Shown here in pieces: positions 24,791-38,259 of a DNA stretch of 64,000 nucleotides (position 1 is its first letter; every line of letters starts with the position of its first letter). Source of the stretch: Felis catus (Eukaryota); the NCBI RefSeq assembly GCF_018350175.1, contig NC_058368.1, forward strand, positions 23,810,001 through 23,874,000, written 5' to 3'. The notes under the pieces were generated by a model, which was not told the origin of the DNA, searched no databases, and saw only the letters and a program-made list of their open reading frames with translations. A program made the translations under genes and the position numbers.

Positions 24791-25438
24791 TTTGATTTTT
24801 AAGGTTTTAAATTAGCATACAGGGTTAGTATTAGTTTCAGGTGTACAATATAGTAATTCAACACTTGAATGCATCACCTGGTGCTCATCACAAGTTAAGT
24901 GTTAATCCCCATCATCTATTTAACCCATCCCCCCCAACCACCTCCCCTCTGGTAACCATTAGTTTGTTCTTTGTAGTTAAAGAGTCTGTTTCTTAGTTGG
25001 CCTCTCTTTTTTTTCTCCTTATTTTTTTGTTTTGTCTCTCAAATTCCACACATGGGTGAATCATTTGGTATTTGTCTTTCTCTGACTTATTTTGCTTAAC
25101 ATAATACTCTAGCTCCATCTATGTCATTGCAAATGGCATGATTTCACTCTTTTTATGGCTGAATATATTCCATTATATATTATATATATATGTATATATA
25201 TATTCGTATGCCATGTATGTACATATATATATATACATATGGCTGAGTAATATTCCATTATATATTCCATATTTGGCTGAGTAATATTCCATTATATATT
25301 CCATATATATATATGGAATGTGTGTGTGTATACACACACACACACACACACACACAATCTTCATTATCCATTCATCAATTAGTGGACACTGGGCTGTTTC
25401 CATAATTTGGCTATTGTAGATAATGCTGCTGTAAACAT
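24791..25438 (-). mobile_element. Carnivore L1 3' end with internal tandem repeats and (TA)n/(CA)n
   Basis: 'ttagtttcaggtgtacaatatagt', 'cctcccctctggtaaccatt', 'ttggctattgtagataatgctgc'. Confidence 0.9.
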
Positions 25439-25639
25439 TTAATCTAAGTAGAGATATATTGGTATTCTTATTAATCAACTGACAATTTGTGTACTATTTT
25501 TTCCTGCTTATTTTAATGGTTTCTTCTCTATGCTTATTAATTATTTGCATTAATTTATTAGCTTGGAAGCTATGAAATCTTTTTGTGGTTACACTAGAGA
25601 AACATATATATTGTATAATATACATGCTTGACTTACCCA

Positions 25640-26140
25640 AACTAATCAAATTGTAGTTTGTCATATGCCTAATAATCTAACTTTGAAATATATAAAGCAA
25701 AACATAGAGCAATAAAAATGTAGAAGTTCATAATTATGGTGGAAGACTTAACAGTTCTCTTGGTAACAGTCAAAATATAACCAAATAGATAAAATGTTCA
25801 TAGCACTCTTCAGCAATAGTCAAATCCAGACTGAAAACAATCCATATGTCTATCAATAGCAGAATGGATAAATTATAAATTTACATATGAAACACGATGC
25901 GGTAACTGGAATAAATGAACTGCTACAGGTAACAGTATATATCAGTCTTACAAACGGAATCCTGAGTGAAGGAAGCCAAAAACAAAACATGACATACTAT
26001 ATGATTCAATTTGATTTACTATTAAAGAAACAGGAAAACTAATCTTTGGTGAAAAGAGGATAGTGACTGCCTTTGGGGGAAGAGGTGATTGAAAGACCAT
26101 CTCATGATGCTGTCTGTGATGCTGATACATTCTGGTTCTC
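25640..26140 (+). mobile_element. Ancient L1 (L1ME-like) fragments
   Basis: 'tgtctatcaatagcagaatggataaat', 'tatgattcaatt...ggaaaactaatctttggtga'. Confidence 0.6.
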
Positions 26141-26385
26141 AATTTATGTTCCACTTATGTTGTGAAGAGCAAAAGCACAGCCAAGCAAAGTGCTGCCAGC
26201 TCCATGTTTACCTGTATGCAGGCATTTCTATGGCAAGATCAGCATTCTGGAAGAGCCCTCTATCCCCTATTTTGAGACGGTAGTAAAATAACGGGGAGGG
26301 GCACAGTGAGATAAATGAATGGAGAGCAGCCGCAGCCTGGAAATGTGATTTACTATAATGGTAATATACTGTAGCAGTGATTTTC

Positions 26386-26616
26386 TTTTCTTAAAAAAAC
26401 TTTTTTAGTATTTATTTATATTTGAGAGAGAGAGAGACTGAGCGAGCATGAGCAGGGGAGGGGGAGAGAGAGAAAGAAAGGGAGACACAATCCCAAGCAG
26501 GCTCCAGGCTTTGAGCTGTCAGCACAGAGTCTGACACAGGCTCAAACCCGTGAGCAGTAAAATCATGACCTGAACTGAAGTCACACATTTTACTGACTGA
26601 GCCACCCAGGTGCCCC
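26386..26616 (-). mobile_element. Can-SINE inserted in the terminal repeat of a MER5 element
   Basis: TSD tgtagcagtgattttc/tgtaacagtgattttc (26370-26385, 26617-26632). Confidence 0.93.
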
Positions 26617-26621
26617 TGTAA

Positions 26622-26772
26622 CAGTGATTTTCAAACTGTAGTCTGCATCTAGGTGTTTCTTGAACACCCAGATTCTGGAATCATGATTCATTAATGATTT
26701 AGGAGTAAGAATTTTTACACTCCAGATAATTCTGACATAGGAGGTCCATAGAGTATTCTTTGAGAAACACAG
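26622..26772 (+). mobile_element. hAT-Charlie MITE (MER5A/B-like)
   Basis: Terminal inverted repeats 'cagtgattttcaaa' ... 'tttgagaaacacag'. Confidence 0.65.
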
Positions 26773-27839
26773 AGCTGCAGTGAGATGATCCTTGGTAGAG
26801 GAAATACTAGGTCACAAAGTAGAAATCCCCAATACAAAATACTGCAACATTTTTTAAGTAAAAGAACTATTAATAATGAGGTAACTCATTTTAAGCGACA
26901 TCCTTGATCATACAGCATGTTTTACAATCAGTTCCCATAAGGTGCCTTTAAGCTCAACTCCTTCATGTCTGCTTAGAAAGCATGTCACAATGTAAATAAA
27001 CAAACTGTGGAAGATGCATTATTGCCAAAAGAAAAATCTTCAATCTGCTCTAATTAATTTTAAAATACAAATTATTTCAAACCCTGTTTTTTTTTACTTT
27101 TGATAAGAAAATATTCGCTATACACCAGTTGTGTGTTGTGATATACAACAGAACTGATCACAAACACAGCTTGTCATCACACTGTGGTTGATGATCCCTG
27201 GAACGTTCATCAGTGTAAGGCAAGACTCACGGTATGGCCTGAAAAAAATGGCTCAGGAAGACATTTTTCAGAAAAGTTAAAAATCTTCTCACACTATCAT
27301 CAATAATAACCCTGCTCTGAAGCCAACATCTTCTGGCAACTTTGTTCCAGACAGGGCATAGCTAAATATTAAAAGAAACTGTGACCATCCCAAATATGCA
27401 TAGTGATGAGGTAAGGATTATAGTACAAATCTGCTCTAACCTCTATGTGGATTTCTTGACAATTAGATCATTTTATTCAGCATTCTCTTCTGCTTCCAAC
27501 AATTCCTATTCCCCTCAGTTCTGTTTCTCTGTTTGGTTAATAACAGTAAATTCACCTATGTAACAAACTGATAGGCAAGTGTCCGATGAACACTTTCAGT
27601 ATAGGAAAAGGACACAAATTAAGGATTACAAAAACTCCTTAAGAATGCTGCAATTTTTAACCTATGTAAAATATTCTGTTTTATTGGATTCAAGGAATAC
27701 TTGATCCAAGTGTACATGGATTTGTCTAACATAAATGCTAGTATTCTATGATCTCCAGACACCTGTTCTAAATTAAATAGATAATAAATAAAGGCCCTTA
27801 TTACTAAAAAGTGATGAGACACCATCTAAAAGAAGTTTT

Positions 27840-28061
27840 TTTTTTAATTTTTTTTCAACGTTTTTTATTTATTTTTGGGACAGAGAGAGACAGAGCATGA
27901 GCGGGGGAGGGGCAGAGAGAGAGGGAGACACAGAATCAGAAACAGGCTCCAGGCTCTGAGCCATCAGCCCAGAGCCCGACGCGGGGCTCGAACTCACGGA
28001 CCGTGAGATCGTGACCTGGCTGAAGTCGGACGCTTAACCGACTGCGACACCCAGGCGCCCC
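27840..28061 (-). mobile_element. Young felid SINE (SINEC_Fc-like)
   Basis: CpG-intact; TSD taaaagaagtttt at 27827-27839 and 28062-28074. Confidence 0.97.
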
Positions 28062-28280
28062 TAAAAGAAGTTTTAAGCTAAGTGTGTAGGAAAGTTATGG
28101 GGAAGACATTTGTAAGCCTAGAATAACACTGACTTCAACTTTTCAGTGTACTATTAACATTCCTTAGTAATCCTGTTTTGATGTCTAAAATATGTTCTTA
28201 CCTGCTTAGGTAAATTGAAATTGTTTAGCAGCCAAGAAGAATCAGTGTTTAAATTTACTGGGTTAAAAATAAAGCAGAGT

Positions 28281-28445
28281 TCCTGAAAGATTCATCCCAA
28301 ACACCTGCATTACAATTGGATGACCGGCTGCTTATAATGGTATCTCCTGGTTCCCACCCAGGAGTTCCCAGCTCAGCATCTCTGGGATTCATCCCACTCA
28401 TCTTACCCCCTAGGTGATTCTTGTATGCACTGATCAAATCATCTA
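28281..28445 (-). mobile_element. MER5A-like MITE
   Basis: Reverse complement 'gtgcatacaagaatcacctaggggg...cccagagatgctgag...ggtgggaaccagga'. Confidence 0.5.
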
Positions 28446-31400
28446 ATTCAGGCTAAGTAAAATGTTAACTTTAGTTCCTAGAACACAGGAGAGACCAAAT
28501 GGGGAGGCTGTTTTCACAATAAAGTCTCATTTCACATATAACCATAATCTGTGTCTTCATAGCTCTGCATGTGTGCACACAACGCATGTGTTTTGCTCAC
28601 GAGGGAGAGAGCACACTGGGACTGGGGTGGGGTGGGGGTTGGGGTGGGGGTGTGTGAAGGAAGCTGGGCAGAGTGAGCAGGGGCTGATCTTGGGGAATTG
28701 AGAATTACATGCAGAGAAGGCAAAGTGGGAAGCAGGTACCTTAAATTAATTGGGAGTGTTTAAGAGGAACTTAATGTTTTCTGATAATTCTGAAGCAGGT
28801 AGTTAAACATGGGGGTGTAGTTTTTCTGAGGTAAAGGGAGTTTGAGCTGACTAGGCTGCAGGAAGCAAATGGGGACTCCAGTGAACATTTATTTTTAATC
28901 ACTTGAGAAACGTTAATGTTCTCCTTAAATTAGCATAAGGAAGACTAAAGTTAAATTTAGAAGTAATTGATAAGAACAGTGGAAAATTAATAAAAAAGTT
29001 ACCAGACAATACCTCAAGTGCTGTACATTTTAACATCTTGTTTTAATTTGAATGCATCCTTCAATGGCTGATAAAATATCTATTTTGAGGATGTGATTAT
29101 TTGTGTTCTTATTTGAATAGAGAGAAGTATAAATCTCCAAACACAATTTAGAAAAAGAAAAAAGGATAAAGTTAATGGACTGTGTGTTTTTACCATACAT
29201 TAACCTAGGTCAGATCCACATCAGAAGAGACTCAGGAGAATCTGATATAAAACTAATAATTATAAGAAGGTCAGTAAGGGAAAAAATAGTTCACTCATCA
29301 TGGTAACAAGGAACAAAGGAAATACTGTATTTGACATTAATCCTCAAGAATACTTAGTTAAATCATAGGGAAAAAATGTAAGTTACAACACTTTTAACAG
29401 ATTAAATACATCTATTCAGTGTCAAGCCCTCCTGTGATAACTCAAAAATCGCCACAACAAAAATCTGCTGCAACCCCCAAATATGAGTCACAAAAGCCTC
29501 AGAATGTATCCCCTTCATTGGAAGCACTCAACAGCTACCATAAATGACAATGTGTTGACCAAAGAGATCTTGATAAAGGACCATCGGCAAGAGAAGACAG
29601 CCAGGAAGAATCAAGTGCTATTATTTCCAGGCGATGAATAAAGGAAAAACTTAAAACTAAAGGGAAATCAGAAATGCTAAAGGAAAGCCAAGATAAGGCA
29701 ACAGAGCAGCCCCTGGGTTTTTCTCCAGCAAAGCCCTCTTAGAATCTGCTTGGAAATGGCAAATTAAATTCACAGACCGTTATTACTTGACAGATCAAAC
29801 TTACTACACGTGCACACTTTTCTCCATCATCTTACAAACGCCAGCGAATATAGCTATGTTGTTGTAACTACTGATGAAAGCTACAAAAATTCTCAGCTGT
29901 CAAGCAACATCTAAGACAAGTACCCAACTATTCTAACATTTCCCATTTTTCCATATCAAAAATGAAAAAAAACTTTAAGTGTATATTACATATTTTGTGG
30001 TTGCAGATGACAAAAATTGGGTTATTATCTAAGGTAGGCCATGTGGCTAGAAAAAAAAATCTTAGCTCTCTCTTTACAAACTGTGTGAAATTAAGCAAGT
30101 GACTACCCTGTTGTCTGACTCTCCCAGTCTCAATGATTCTTCCTTTCTGTCACTCAAAAATGATGCTAAGATAACAATTATGTAACTATTTTTTAAAGAA
30201 AAGTTAAAAACATTATATAAATGGCATGTCCAGCATAGCCTCTGTATGACAGAAGAGAAAATGAGAAGTTAGGAAATTTGAAATTCCCTGAGCTATGAGA
30301 AAGTGTGCCTATCCAGCCCCCACTTGTCAGCCAACAAACCTGAGTCCACAGATACCCTACAATGAGCCTTTGCTGCTGAGCCTCATCTGAACCTGTTTCA
30401 ATGGTTCAGCTCACTCCTTTATGAAAAAAAAAATAAAGAGAGACAAGATGGGGCAAGATCCCTGGTGTTCTGAGGGAAAACAGTGGTATAGAAGGTTAAG
30501 TCCCAGTGTTGGTACCGATAACACTGGGCAGTGATGAAAATTCACCTTCATAAAAATCTCAGTTTACTGGGAATTATAGGCCAGAAACACAGAGGGACAT
30601 TGAACAGTGATAGCAGTAAGCAGCAAAAATCAAGAAAGGAGAGAAATCAGTTGGTGGACAGAAAATTCAAGTCCAGCTAAAACTGTAGGTTAAGGCAGGA
30701 ATGGGAATGAGAGTCTTCCCAGAATGTCAGGCACATGATGTATGCACAAAAATGCACTTAAGCCAGGGTGAAGGATTTAACAATAAACTCTGTCATAGCT
30801 CCTAGACATTGCTCTGTATAATAGAGAGCCAAGTGTCTTCCACAAATGGCAGGGTGTTCTAACTTAGCAAATGGAGCAGAAGACTTAACAATGAGAGACA
30901 AAATAAATGAGTGTTTAAGTGCTTCTTTATAAGAGCTCTTAGTTCTCATTTGGCCCCATGTGAAGGTTCTGCTCTAAGGGAGGCTTTAATGGAAATAGAT
31001 CAGCCAACCAATTCAATTACCAAACATGAGAAAGGTCAAAATAATGAAGATAACCGGTTTGACTAGGGAATGAGGAATCAAGAACATGATTTTGTACCTG
31101 TTAAAAAAGATACCCAATTCAAAGAGCAACAATTCAAGGACAGAATTAGGTAATCCTATTGTGTGGACAGATGGGTACTGTTTAGGGTCTCCATGTGAAC
31201 TCAGGAGAATGTCTATGGTAGAAAATATCTTCCTCAATCCCAATAATAAGCACTTCCACCAGTGAACCAGGCATGGTAATATGAAAAATACTTTATTTTG
31301 GTCCTGAGGTCCTTTCTAGTGGAAAATCATCACACAGACCTGAGGGAGTCCTGAACTGAAGAGGAGGTTGTAGGATGTCAGCCATGGAGCTTTATAACAT

Positions 31401-32699
31401 TGAAAAAACACAAATCCTTCTCTTGGTCTTTTCATTTCCTCCATTTAGAACTGAAACATGAGCTCTCTTTTTCTTATATCTCAGGTAATCTAGCCCATTA
31501 ACTGGTGCTCCTTAAAGTGCTTGTAATTGATTAAACTTTTACTTGAGAGGGATATGTGAAGATGTGTCTTTCAGCTAGAAAGGCATGATCGACATCTAAT
31601 CACAAAGCTTCCCAGTAACAGCGAATATGTGTTGCCCCAGACTACACAAAAAGAATAACACCTCCCATCCTCATCACTTTGCTCTCCTATTTCAGGAAGC
31701 CCTCCAGGCAGGTTCATACATTCTCATTAGTGAGGTTCTCCTGATCACCAATGAACATCTTCCTCCTCTTGAGCTCTTGGCAATAGACCCCTCGGTCTTG
31801 AGTTGGTTTGAATGTATGGTTGGATGTCAATACTGTTTCTCCCCTTTAATTCCCACAAGTGACTTTATGAGCCCTTGGTGCATAGGCTGTCACTCCTAAG
31901 GTGGCTGGTTTCGTTCTGACCCTCTTTCACTATCATTTCTGTTCAGTCTCACTTCTCTGTTCTATCCTCTTGATGAACAGGAGAAAAGCAATTCATTTTC
32001 CCTAGGCTCCACGTCAAATTCCCAGAGAGAAAAATCCAGGGTAAAGTTCAGTCAGGTAAGAATTAATCTGCTTACACTAAAAAATAACTTGTCACTAGGC
32101 TTAAGGTGAAACAGGGGACACCCCCACCATCCTCCTATCCCCCAGGGATGGAGGTGGGACTCATAGCATTTTAACAGATCTTTCAAAGATACACCTCTAC
32201 TGATCCCTTTCTATACTCGACAACCCTTTATATAATTGATATGGCTGGGAATTCAAACTGGTGTAATATGTGTGCAAATATGATGTAGCTTTGAAAATTC
32301 TTATCCAATTTATTTTTATGTCTTGGTTCAAATTAATTTTAACATCCTGTTACATATGCAATGATACTACTACTTTTTTTATCTGATACTCACTGTTTTG
32401 TCTATGTTAAGGATATTACTGAAGATGATGTATATTGAGCATGGTGTGAACTCTTTGGAGACATTTCTTTCCGGTGTTATTACAATAATTGTTTTTTTGT
32501 CGTGTTTTGACTTTATCTTGACACCATAAATTGTGTAACTAATCATATGTTCTTCCCCATGTAATATCCACAGCCTACTTTGTATCTTGATGATAACAAA
32601 CGTACAGGACTCTAAGTTGTGAAAATTTGTATAACCTTATACCTGGTATGATTTTCATCTAATTCCTGCTATACTTGGATTTTTCTATTTGATTTCTGA

Positions 32700-32930
32700 A
32701 AGGCAGTTGGGTACAATGTTTAGAGCTCAATCTTTAAGGACAGATATGGGTTTATATTCTGGCTTTACCATTGGTGTGTGACTTTTTCATTCCCTCTCTT
32801 ACCTCAATTTCCTACTGGAACATTGTGATAAAAATAATATCTGCAGGATTACTATGAGAATAATGTATACAAAGTAGGTAGCACAGTGGCACGTAGTGAA
32901 TGTTTGAGAAACAGAAGCTACCATGACTTT
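32700..32930 (+). mobile_element. MIR SINE
   Basis: 'cctcaatttcct...ggattactatgagaataatgtatacaaagt...gcacagtggcacgtagt'. Confidence 0.7.
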
Positions 32931-33019
32931 TATATATGTTTATCTTTCAAGTTGGCTGTCCTAAATTCCTTCTGGCAGTAAATGCAAAGTTAATAAGTAA
33001 AAAACAAAAGATTTGCATT

Positions 33020-33225
33020 TGCATAGTACTTATGTTATGAAGATTAGTTTAGTATGTCATTCTTTCTCATTGATAGAAAAGATACTATTCCTCTTTTCAA
33101 GACACAGAAGCTCACTCAGAGAGGTTAAGCGGTTTGCCCAAGAACACACAACTCATAAGCAAGATACAATACCTGATTCCAAGTCTAGAGCGAGCCTTTC
33201 ACTACTTCAAATATCTTCACTGTGA
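33020..33225 (-). mobile_element. MIR SINE
   Basis: 'ctcagagaggttaagcggtttgcccaag...cctgattccaagtc'. Confidence 0.7.
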
Positions 33226-33659
33226 CTCACATGGCCCATATTCTTCACTTTAGTCTTTGACAACTACATGAATTACAGTTAACAAAAGAATTCCAATTTT
33301 TGGTGACACAAGCACCATTATTAAGTGTCAATCATTTTCCTACTAAACACTATATAGCATCAGAATCTCAAAGTAGATTGAGAAAATCTGATTGAACTGT
33401 ATTTTTGCTCAGTTGCTTCTTTTCATAGAGTTTTGGTTATTTCCCAAAACAAATTACCTTCTTTCTCCTTTTCCATACACCTGCTTTATCAACTTACCCT
33501 CCCTTCTTTTCTTGCAGCTAGACATCAACTTCACCCACCCGTTCTCTCAGTTATACCCAATTCAGCACTCATCCTATCAAACTTTACTGCCTCCCTGTCT
33601 TCCCCACTCACTTTGGATTTAATGACTACTTTCTATGCCATCTACCTACCTATCCACAC

Positions 33660-33754
33660 TACCCTACCCTACCCTACCTTACCCTACCCTATCCTATCCT
33701 ATCCTATCCTATCCTATCCTATCCTATCCTATCCTATCCTATCCTATCCTATCC
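33660..33754. repeat. Compound pentanucleotide microsatellite, (CCCTA)n then (CCTAT)n
   Basis: Directly visible. Confidence 0.97.
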
Positions 33755-35377
33755 ATCTGGTGTCAGGACCAAATGTGGGATAGCCTGCATTTTTTTTTCA
33801 ACACCACCTTTATCATGTGGACTTTGTGCTTCTCTGTTACACCCTCTTTCAACTGTAACTTTCTCCATCTGCCTTGTGAGAACCCCCAAATCTACAGTGC
33901 CTTAGCATCAACAATACTCAACTTTGAACCCTGTGCTCCCTGAAAACAGTTAAAAAAACACTCAACTTTTTGTGTTTTGGCCAACAGCAAAGAACCACCC
34001 TGTCCTTGCATGTTCCAAGATAACACCTCTCTACCCTTTCTCAATGACCCTTTTATTTTATCAAGCCCTGGATTTTTCTCTCTTCTTTTAAATGCTCCTC
34101 ATTAACGAGTGCTATTGCTATTGCAATAGGCCCATTACATTTTATCTCTCACCCCATCTGTTTGCTACTTCTCCTCAACAGGAAGCTTCAACTTTAGACG
34201 AGGCAACCTTTCCTCTGACCGTACACCCATCCACAAAGAGTTCCCTCTTTTTTGAGCCTTGCACATGTGGTTCTTGCCTCTTTGTTGAATCCTAGCCCTC
34301 CTCTTCCATATCTATGAAAATCTTTCTCACTCTGCACCATCCATATATTCTAGTTTAAACTTACTTCTTACACAAAATTGTCTTTCATGCTATGTGTTGT
34401 TGATCTTCCCCTTTAAACTCCTACTGTTCTTATGATTTTTATCTCCTGTTTATATTATGAAATGTGTTGGCATGGTGAGATATGTATTTCAAACAAGTTT
34501 CTTTGTCTTACAGCTTTTTGTTTTGTTTTCTTTTATGGCTCCCTCCCCTCCCTCCAACTTGCCCTCAAAACCAAGAATAAGAGTTGGCAGCTAACTGGTA
34601 CTGAACAGGTATTTGCAATTAATTCCCAAATGGGCTTTTCCTTAGAAATACAAAACCTGACAGCTTTTCATGACTTACCTAATGAAATAAAAATAAAAGG
34701 GAATCAGATAAGATTGCTGGCAATATAGCATTAAAGATTTTTTTAATATCAAACACATTTCTTGACACGTTATTTCAATTGTCAGAATTAGTTCTAATTG
34801 TTTGCTTTATCTTACCTTTGTATACTATCATTGCTGTTTGCTTAAAGCTCCATAATAGGAGTCTCAAAATAATTTCTTGAATTAAAGGGTAAGAGAATGC
34901 TTAGGTATAAATACATCAAAAAAGGATGATCATATTACAGCCTCCTTCCTGGGTGGTCTCTGGATTGGAGGGGTGAAGTCGGCAATCTTTCATAATTAAT
35001 AATTTTAATTATTAATAATTAAAGTATTTTTTTTAAAAATAATTTTAAGGAATACATTTAGCCTTGTTTTCTAAATTTGGCTTTCGAGATCTACATAATT
35101 AGGGGGTGCTTTGTGAACTATCCTTTGTGAACAGCCACTGAAGACTATAAACAAACCAGAGATTAAATTCACACAAAATTAGAAGAACTCACTTGGACAT
35201 TAATGAAATAACAGTGATGGAGTGAAGTAACACATAGCAGGAAGTCATTAAAGTATGTGCACACAACAGTGGCCATAAGAAGCACTCTAATCCCAAATTT
35301 AAGGAGAGAGGGAATCCCAGATTGGGAAGCTGTTTAGTTTAACCTAAGGGTTAATCCCTTTTTCACATAGGTACTCA

Positions 35378-35380
<3 letters not shown>

Positions 35381-35409
<29 letters not shown>
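35381..35409. repeat. (CA)n microsatellite
   Basis: Directly visible. Confidence 0.95.
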
Positions 35410-35411
<2 letters not shown>

Positions 35412-35997
35412 ATTTTTTTCACAAATGCACTTGTGTCGTGCAATACTCTACAACTTAGTATCAAAGTTAGGTCTTATATCCTCAATATTACAATAAAAAG
35501 TCTGATTATATTGCTGCTACTCCTCTTTGTTTTAATAAGTAAAACCCTACATTATCTGGGTTCAGATGAAGATATTTTTGTTTCTTCAGGTACTGTTTTC
35601 CCAGTCACCATCATCATCATCACAATTTAGCTAGGATTTCAGTGACCTATAGTCCCACTCAAAGTACTCCATCCTATACCTGAGTAGGAATCAGGTTAGC
35701 AAACAGGACCTACAACACCCAGACACTTAATGCATCTACACAGCTTTGTTATGTCTCCAGAGGAAACAGCCACAGGAAAGAAAAACACATAATTCCTCCT
35801 CATAACTTGTTTCACATATATGCAAACATACAAATTACATGCACCTATAGGCCACCAGAGTAGCTTTGTTTAGGGAAGTCAGCACTTTGCATCTCTGTCA
35901 TTGTCTACTTCCTACTTCTATAAAATATGTAAACAGTTTATCAAGGAGTCTCAACATGTTAGCTTATAAATATGTTTTTTTTTCAATGATTACCTCT

Positions 35998-36157
35998 TGT
36001 GATGGTTAATTTTGTGTGTCAACTTGGTTAGGATATGGTGCCCATTTGGTTAAACATTAGTCTAGTTATAGCTGTGAAGACATCTTATAGATGTGATATG
36101 CATACACATACACATATCTTATTCATTATTTCTTTCTGGAGAACCTTGATTGATGCA
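35998..36157 (+). mobile_element. ERVL LTR (MLT2B-like), internally deleted
   Basis: Start 'tgtgatggttaattttgtgtgtcaacttg'; end 'tctggagaaccttgattgatgca'. Confidence 0.8.
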
Positions 36158-37978
36158 ACACTTAACATATTCACTCCCAGAACTGCCAATGTTTGGTACT
36201 TGGAAAGGTGCCCTGGCTGGTTGCGATATTAAGGACTTTGTTGGAGTGTTGGCTTCCACATAAATGTTGCATGTTTTCCTAGGGTCATGTTAAACCTCCT
36301 TCCATTCCTAAGAATCTTTTCCAGAGGGATCATTATGATTCTCTTCAATTCCAACATGGGGGCCCACCCTCAAGGCTTCACCTGATGAGATGGTCCTTCA
36401 TTTGACCCATCAGCAACCAGGACAGCTTCAAGATTACCACCTCTCCTCCAGCCTCTGTGTGGATCCTGGAATTGATAGATTCCCTTTTACATATTCTCAT
36501 GAGAGACCAGAGAACTGGAATGAGTAGAAGTTGACTCCCCTTTCTTCTTAAGAATAGTACAGCACAGACCCAGGAAGCCTGAAGAATACTGGGACACAAT
36601 AGGTCTTTCACCTTTGGAAATGTCCAATCTAGAAGTAGGCCCAGTGTCTTGGTCAACTATACACCCAGACTTCAGAGGATACATAACAAGCATCCCTACT
36701 TCCCCACAGAAAGGAAGAGGAATAATAACAAATATCTCCAATATGAGCTGAGCACCTAGAGTTGTGCTCCATACAAGCTGCTTCAGCACATAGCAGCCCT
36801 GCTCCTGGGACCTAGGAAGCTCTCACTGGAGCAGTCTTACCAGATCCCACTTACCAGAGGTGGTAAGGAGGTGCCACCACTTACCAGAGGTGTGAGGTGG
36901 CAGCCACTGACCAGTCGTATTAAAGACACATGTACCAGTTTTTATCCTCAGTTTGAGGCCTTACCTGCAATTCTGCAACACTTAAATAGTTTACAATCAA
37001 AATATTGTGCTGTCACTGACTGCACAATTGTGCACAAGACAAGATATACATATATATATAGATGCCAAGAGGTGCTGGGACATAGTAAAGACAAAGGAGA
37101 GTCTTCGAGCCCTAAGAAAGTGAGCCCTGCCAACACAGAACCTATAGGAATAGCATGAAGTGAAGATTTTGCAACTTTCCCTGATGATTTTGGTCCCATA
37201 ATGGAAGAAGATTGAGTAGCGAGGAATGAATAGTCTTATTTCACTGTCTATACTGATCTCACTCACCAGATAACTGCTTGGCACCTTCATTTTGCTTTAG
37301 TGGGCATCACCTAAGAGAACAATTTCTGGCTGACTGACCTGTGGTCTGTTTTTATGTCTCTTTAATATGGCGACAGCCAGCTATACCACAATTAAAATTT
37401 CAGGCCATGACTGATAGATAAACAGGGCAAGTAAGACAAGACAAAATGAGGTACTACATAGAAAATGTGAATATAGTAGTGCAAGAAAAAAAAACTCTTG
37501 GTATTTATTCTGTTCCTCACTTCCATGAGAATCTGTGTAGCAACACATTAAGTCTCCTTTCTTAGTCTTTATGTCTTTAGTCAACATAAAGTAGCATAAC
37601 CAGTATCAAGTACTGAAACTTACAGGAGGTATTACCAGTAACATTGTATTTAACAAGACAATACAATGAACAGATTCACCTACTAAGTATACCTAATGCA
37701 ACATCTGTTTTCAGGAAGTGCAAAATGCTTTTGAGGATCTATTGTCATGGCAGCTGATTTCACTGCCGGAAATGTGAAACTCAAGTATCATGAGTATCTT
37801 TCTTCACAGGAGACTTAGAGATGATCTACATAGTAGATTGCAGAGGAAATCACAATTAGAATGCTAGTTTCTTTTTAACATTCTTAGTCAAAAGTTCATC
37901 AATCCACATTGCTTTTTCTGAGGGATTAATTTAACTCCCTGAAAACTGAAATCAAAAGAGAAGTGGAGTCTCCTATGG

Positions 37979-38259
37979 CTATGTTGTCCAATAAAGCTGC
38001 CACTAGTCATATGTGGCCTTTGAGCATTTGACCTGTGGTGAAACCCAATTGATATATTCTGCAAATATAAAATACACATCAAATTCTAAGTATTTAGCAC
38101 AGGAGAAGTAAAGTAATTCATTAACAAGTATCTGTTGATGGCATATTAAAATAACATGTTGGTTTCTTCTCACTTCTTAAGTATGCCTATTAGAAAACTT
38201 AAAATACCATGCGAAGCTCACATGTGTGGCTCACAATATATTTCTATCGGACAGCACTG
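37979..38259 (+). mobile_element. hAT-Charlie MITE (MER33-like)
   Basis: 'tgtccaata...ccactagtcatatgtggc...tgtggctcacaatatatttctatcggacagcactg'. Confidence 0.8.

Noticed and set aside
29480..31160. Protein-like purine-rich stretches (29560-29640, 30960-31150), considered as a processed pseudogene
   Set aside because: Frames interrupted by stops, no recognisable parent, poly(A) or TSD; TBLASTX would be needed
33433..33943. ORFs with LSYPI repeats
   Set aside because: Translation of the (CCTAT)n microsatellite
36835..36891. Direct repeat ccacttaccagaggtg x2
   Set aside because: Only two copies of 16 bp; an ordinary microduplication, not a CRISPR-like array
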